A stretch of 64,000 bases of DNA from Amoebidium appalachense (lineage: Eukaryota; Protista; Ichthyosporea): assembly GCA_963693365.1 (NCBI GenBank), contig CAVNZM010000011.1:2588989-2652988 (forward strand). Reading direction: 5' to 3'. A program made the translations under genes and the position numbers. This document shows positions 48,916-64,000 of the stretch, in pieces (position 1 is the first letter of the stretch; each line of letters opens with the position of its first letter). The notes below the pieces were generated by a model. That model did not search any database. It saw nothing but the letters and a program-made list of their open reading frames with translations, and was not told the DNA's origin.

Positions 48916-49806
48916 CGGCAAGACTAACTGAAGTTAAAGGTCGTGTCGTCATCCAATCAGATCACACCCCGACGCTCGGAATATCGTAACCCTGGCCACA
49001 GGCAGCTGCAGTCAACCGTCGTACCTCAGGCTGATTTAGTAAACTCAAACAAACTGTATGAAACCCATTGCTTCGGCTGAATATTTAAAAGGATATCAAT
49101 CACAAACAACGCCTTCCTTTTATATGATAGGGCTCGTTAGTATCAAGGATGCAATCAGTTACACAGGCCGATGGACCGTCACCCGTCCGCAATGTCGAGT
49201 TCGCGATCGCCTGGCAGGAAAATTTGAATACAAGTTAGAATTTCGTTCCTGTATATCTCAACATTACATAAATGGTGTGGAAAACCTCGGTTTAAAACCG
49301 GCATGGTTATGTTACAATGCCGGGAAGCGTTTGCTTTTCTTTCCTTTTCTTTACTATGAGCAGCGCATCCCGGCATTTTGCCACGGTTTCCGGTGTATCG
49401 CATCATCGTGGCCCTCAGCCGCGCCCATCCGGCTCCGCTGACCGTCCCAGTCCGACCGCATGCGCACTGCGACTTCGAGTAATGGTATAATAATGTCAAA
49501 ATTTCCGGAGCGCTGAGTTTATGGTGCCTGGTTGCGGCCCGCGCAGCACCCAATAAATTTAACCAACCAGATACACGGAAGCGCTTCTAAACACATACCA
49601 TTACTATATACTTTCCAGTAATATTTTTTTACCATATGTAAAAGAAAGCGTACGCATAATTGCTGCACCCCCCTTTTCTGGGCCTTTTGTTCCATGGTAT
49701 CCCTTACTCTGATGATAAATGCAGTCAGCAGTCGGCACAACAACAACAACCTACGTATACCCGCATCAACCGTTTCCGCCACCGGGGAATGGCGACTCAA
49801 ATTTCC

Positions 49807-49910
49807 CGTGACCTGCGGCCAATAGGAGGTTTATGGTATCATTCCTACTCGCATTCCTTTCGTGACCTACGGCCAATAGGAGGTTATGTTATCATTCCTA
49901 CTCGCATTCC
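49807..49910. repeat. Direct duplication (54-bp period) containing a CCAAT box
   Basis: CGTGACCT(G/A)CGGCCAATAGGAGGTT(T)ATG(G/T)TATCATTCCTACTCGCATTCC occurs at 49807 and 49861. Confidence 0.85.
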
Positions 49911-50354
49911 ACTCGAGAAAGGCTCTGAGCCACACGATGATGATCAATCGATTCATTTGTGATGTCTAAAAGTAAGTCTCCTCATGATCATGATCAGTTG
50001 AGGGGAGGAACCGTGCTGTTTGTCAAGTGTTTGACTGATTACTTTCTTTTTCATTTCATTTCGTCTTATTGCTTCATCTTCAATTTTATATTTTCATACT
50101 GGTGCAGAATAAATGGTGGATCGGCTCAAGCTTTTTGTGGGCAGTTTGGTGTGTATTTGATGGCACCTTGGTCTACCCTACCAGCAACCAGAAGGTGCAT
50201 TGTCTCCAGTTGTATAATACCTGTTGATGTTACTACCTATGCAGTGACCAGCAAATTGACTCCCTAACGGTGCTTTGTGAATCTCTCCTAACCATCAGGT
50301 GGGAACTTTGTCCGTAGAAATGCAAGATCTTTGCGTGTGTGCATGCCAGCAGCC

Positions 50355-51570
<1,216 letters not shown>

Positions 51571-52083
51571 TGTGACGTTTTGTTGTTGCTCTTTGTTGTC
51601 TCCTCCATATCTCCAACCCTCTAACGCATACAGACCCCCCCCCCCCCCCCCCCCCCCCCCTCCGCACCCTAAACATTTAAACATTCTCTTCAGCATTTAC
51701 TAACCATTCTTCTACCCTCTTCGTGTTGGCCCTTCTTTTCTCTTCGGTATTTTGTCCCTCCTCCTGCCGTTTTTGCCAAGCCTCCCGACCCTTGCTGCTT
51801 GCGCGACTGTGATCTAAGCATCTCAACTTTTGCATTCTCCAGTTTCCTGGCTATCTGCTTGCAGTGACACATGCAGTCACGGTCCTAGCGGCCAACCATT
51901 CATGCATGCACGCTTCCTTCTCCTCCTTCTCCCCCCCCCCCCCCCCCCTCTTACATACACACACCACACCATTCACCACCCGTGTCCCCCCCCCCCCCCC
52001 CCCCCTCCCCCCCCTCCCCCCTCCCCCCCCCCCCCCCCCCCCCCCCTTCGCCCCCCACCCCTCCCCAAGGAAACCCCCCAGTT

Positions 52084-52121
<38 letters not shown>

Positions 52122-52848
52122 TACACACACCATTCACCACCCATGTCCCTCTAGCCGCTCTGCACTTTATGCTGCATCAAATGCCCATTCCCCGGTATTG
52201 GAAATAGTCTGTGGTTTCGTGTCAAGCTTGTCTGATTCTACTCCTTCGTGTACCAGCAACCCCCCTCCCCCCTCCCCCCTCCCCCCTTCCCTCCCCTCCC
52301 CTCCCAATGCATTAGAGGTCCGGCTGTAAGCCCCGCCCCCCTTCCCCCCCCCCCCCCCCCCAAAAAAGCTTGTCCAATCAATTATGTCGAACGATGATTT
52401 CCTCCTCCCCCCCCTCCTCCTCCGCTCTGCCCTTCCCTGTCCTCCAATCCTATCAAACACCCCTCTGAATCACCCCATGTGCTCCTCTCACACTGTCCCC
52501 TTGTCCCCCCCACCCACCCATCCAACCCAACCGTCAACCCTCAACCCCCCCCCCCCCCCCCCCCCCCACCCCCCACCCCCTGCTCACCCACCCGCCCAAC
52601 CCATCCCTCAACCCCCATCCCCACCGCACCTGCCCTTTCACACCTTCCTGGGCGTCAATCATACCTCTCGCTTTTTTCCAAATCTCATTGAATACCAGCA
52701 AGGACCCCATTGCTTAGTTTTTATTCATGTCAAGTGCACTTACCTATCCTCCCCCTTTGCAGGGTGTATCTAAACGAGGATCCCTCTATTGTTTCTGGCC
52801 CGGCCGGCGTAATCCCTCGCATCCGATGGGCTGCAATGGCGATTGAAA

Positions 52849-63575
<10,727 letters not shown>

Positions 63576-63577
63576 GT

Positions 63578-63617
<40 letters not shown>

Positions 63618-64000
63618 GCTCTCCCTTCTCCCCCAAAGCACACAAGAACGCACAAACACACATGTGCACTCGAGCACGAACACACAAATGCGTGTACATG
63701 CACATCACCAAAAAAGGAAAGAACCCTGCCATCCATGCCCCCCACCCCTCCTCCCTCTCCCTCCCCCCTCGACGCCTCCCCCCCCCCCCAAAAAAAAAAA
63801 AAAAAAAATACACACACACACCCCCGTTGACCCGCCCAATCTCCCTTTTCCCACCCTCCCCTGCCTACCTCGACCCTTTAGGGGCTAATATGGGAACACC
63901 CGAGCCAGCCATGAATTTTCAGTGGGGTCACAAGATCGTGTGCATATTTTGTTTTCCTTGAGAATTAAATCTTCAATTATCACGTTCCCTTCTACTGAAC

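Noticed and set aside
51690-51872. 60-aa basic ORF on the - strand, and exon-like stretches at 9481-9650 and 14521-14720
   Set aside because: No recognisable homology and no consistent partner exons.

Overview
Intron-rich eukaryotic genomic DNA, saturated with (CA)n/(TG)n, (CT)n and 15-60 nt poly-C/poly-G tracts, so almost all ORFs in the six-frame track are repeat artefacts. The gene set suggests a holozoan, possibly a unicellular one; this is inference. Manual GT-AG splicing with phase checks recovers: the 3' end of eIF2B-delta, an LLP-like protein, a 16-exon S28 serine peptidase, a DUF1761 membrane protein, a C3orf33-like SNase-fold protein, a syntenin-like tandem-PDZ protein and the first 11 exons of a large multipass membrane protein. 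Best candidates for something new: (1) a head-to-head pair of intronless genes for a secreted, furin-cleavable precursor of two homologous 6-Cys mini-domains; (2) acceptors of the form (CA)nCAG with no polypyrimidine tract, often in introns with complementary (TG)n/poly-G upstream; (3) a poly(C)-ended SINE-like family whose 10 recognised copies are all intronic and sense-oriented; (4) a truncated non-LTR retroelement ending in (CA)n; (5) a 145-nt strand-specific hairpin with six tandem G.A mismatches. No searches were run; family calls rest on motif recognition.
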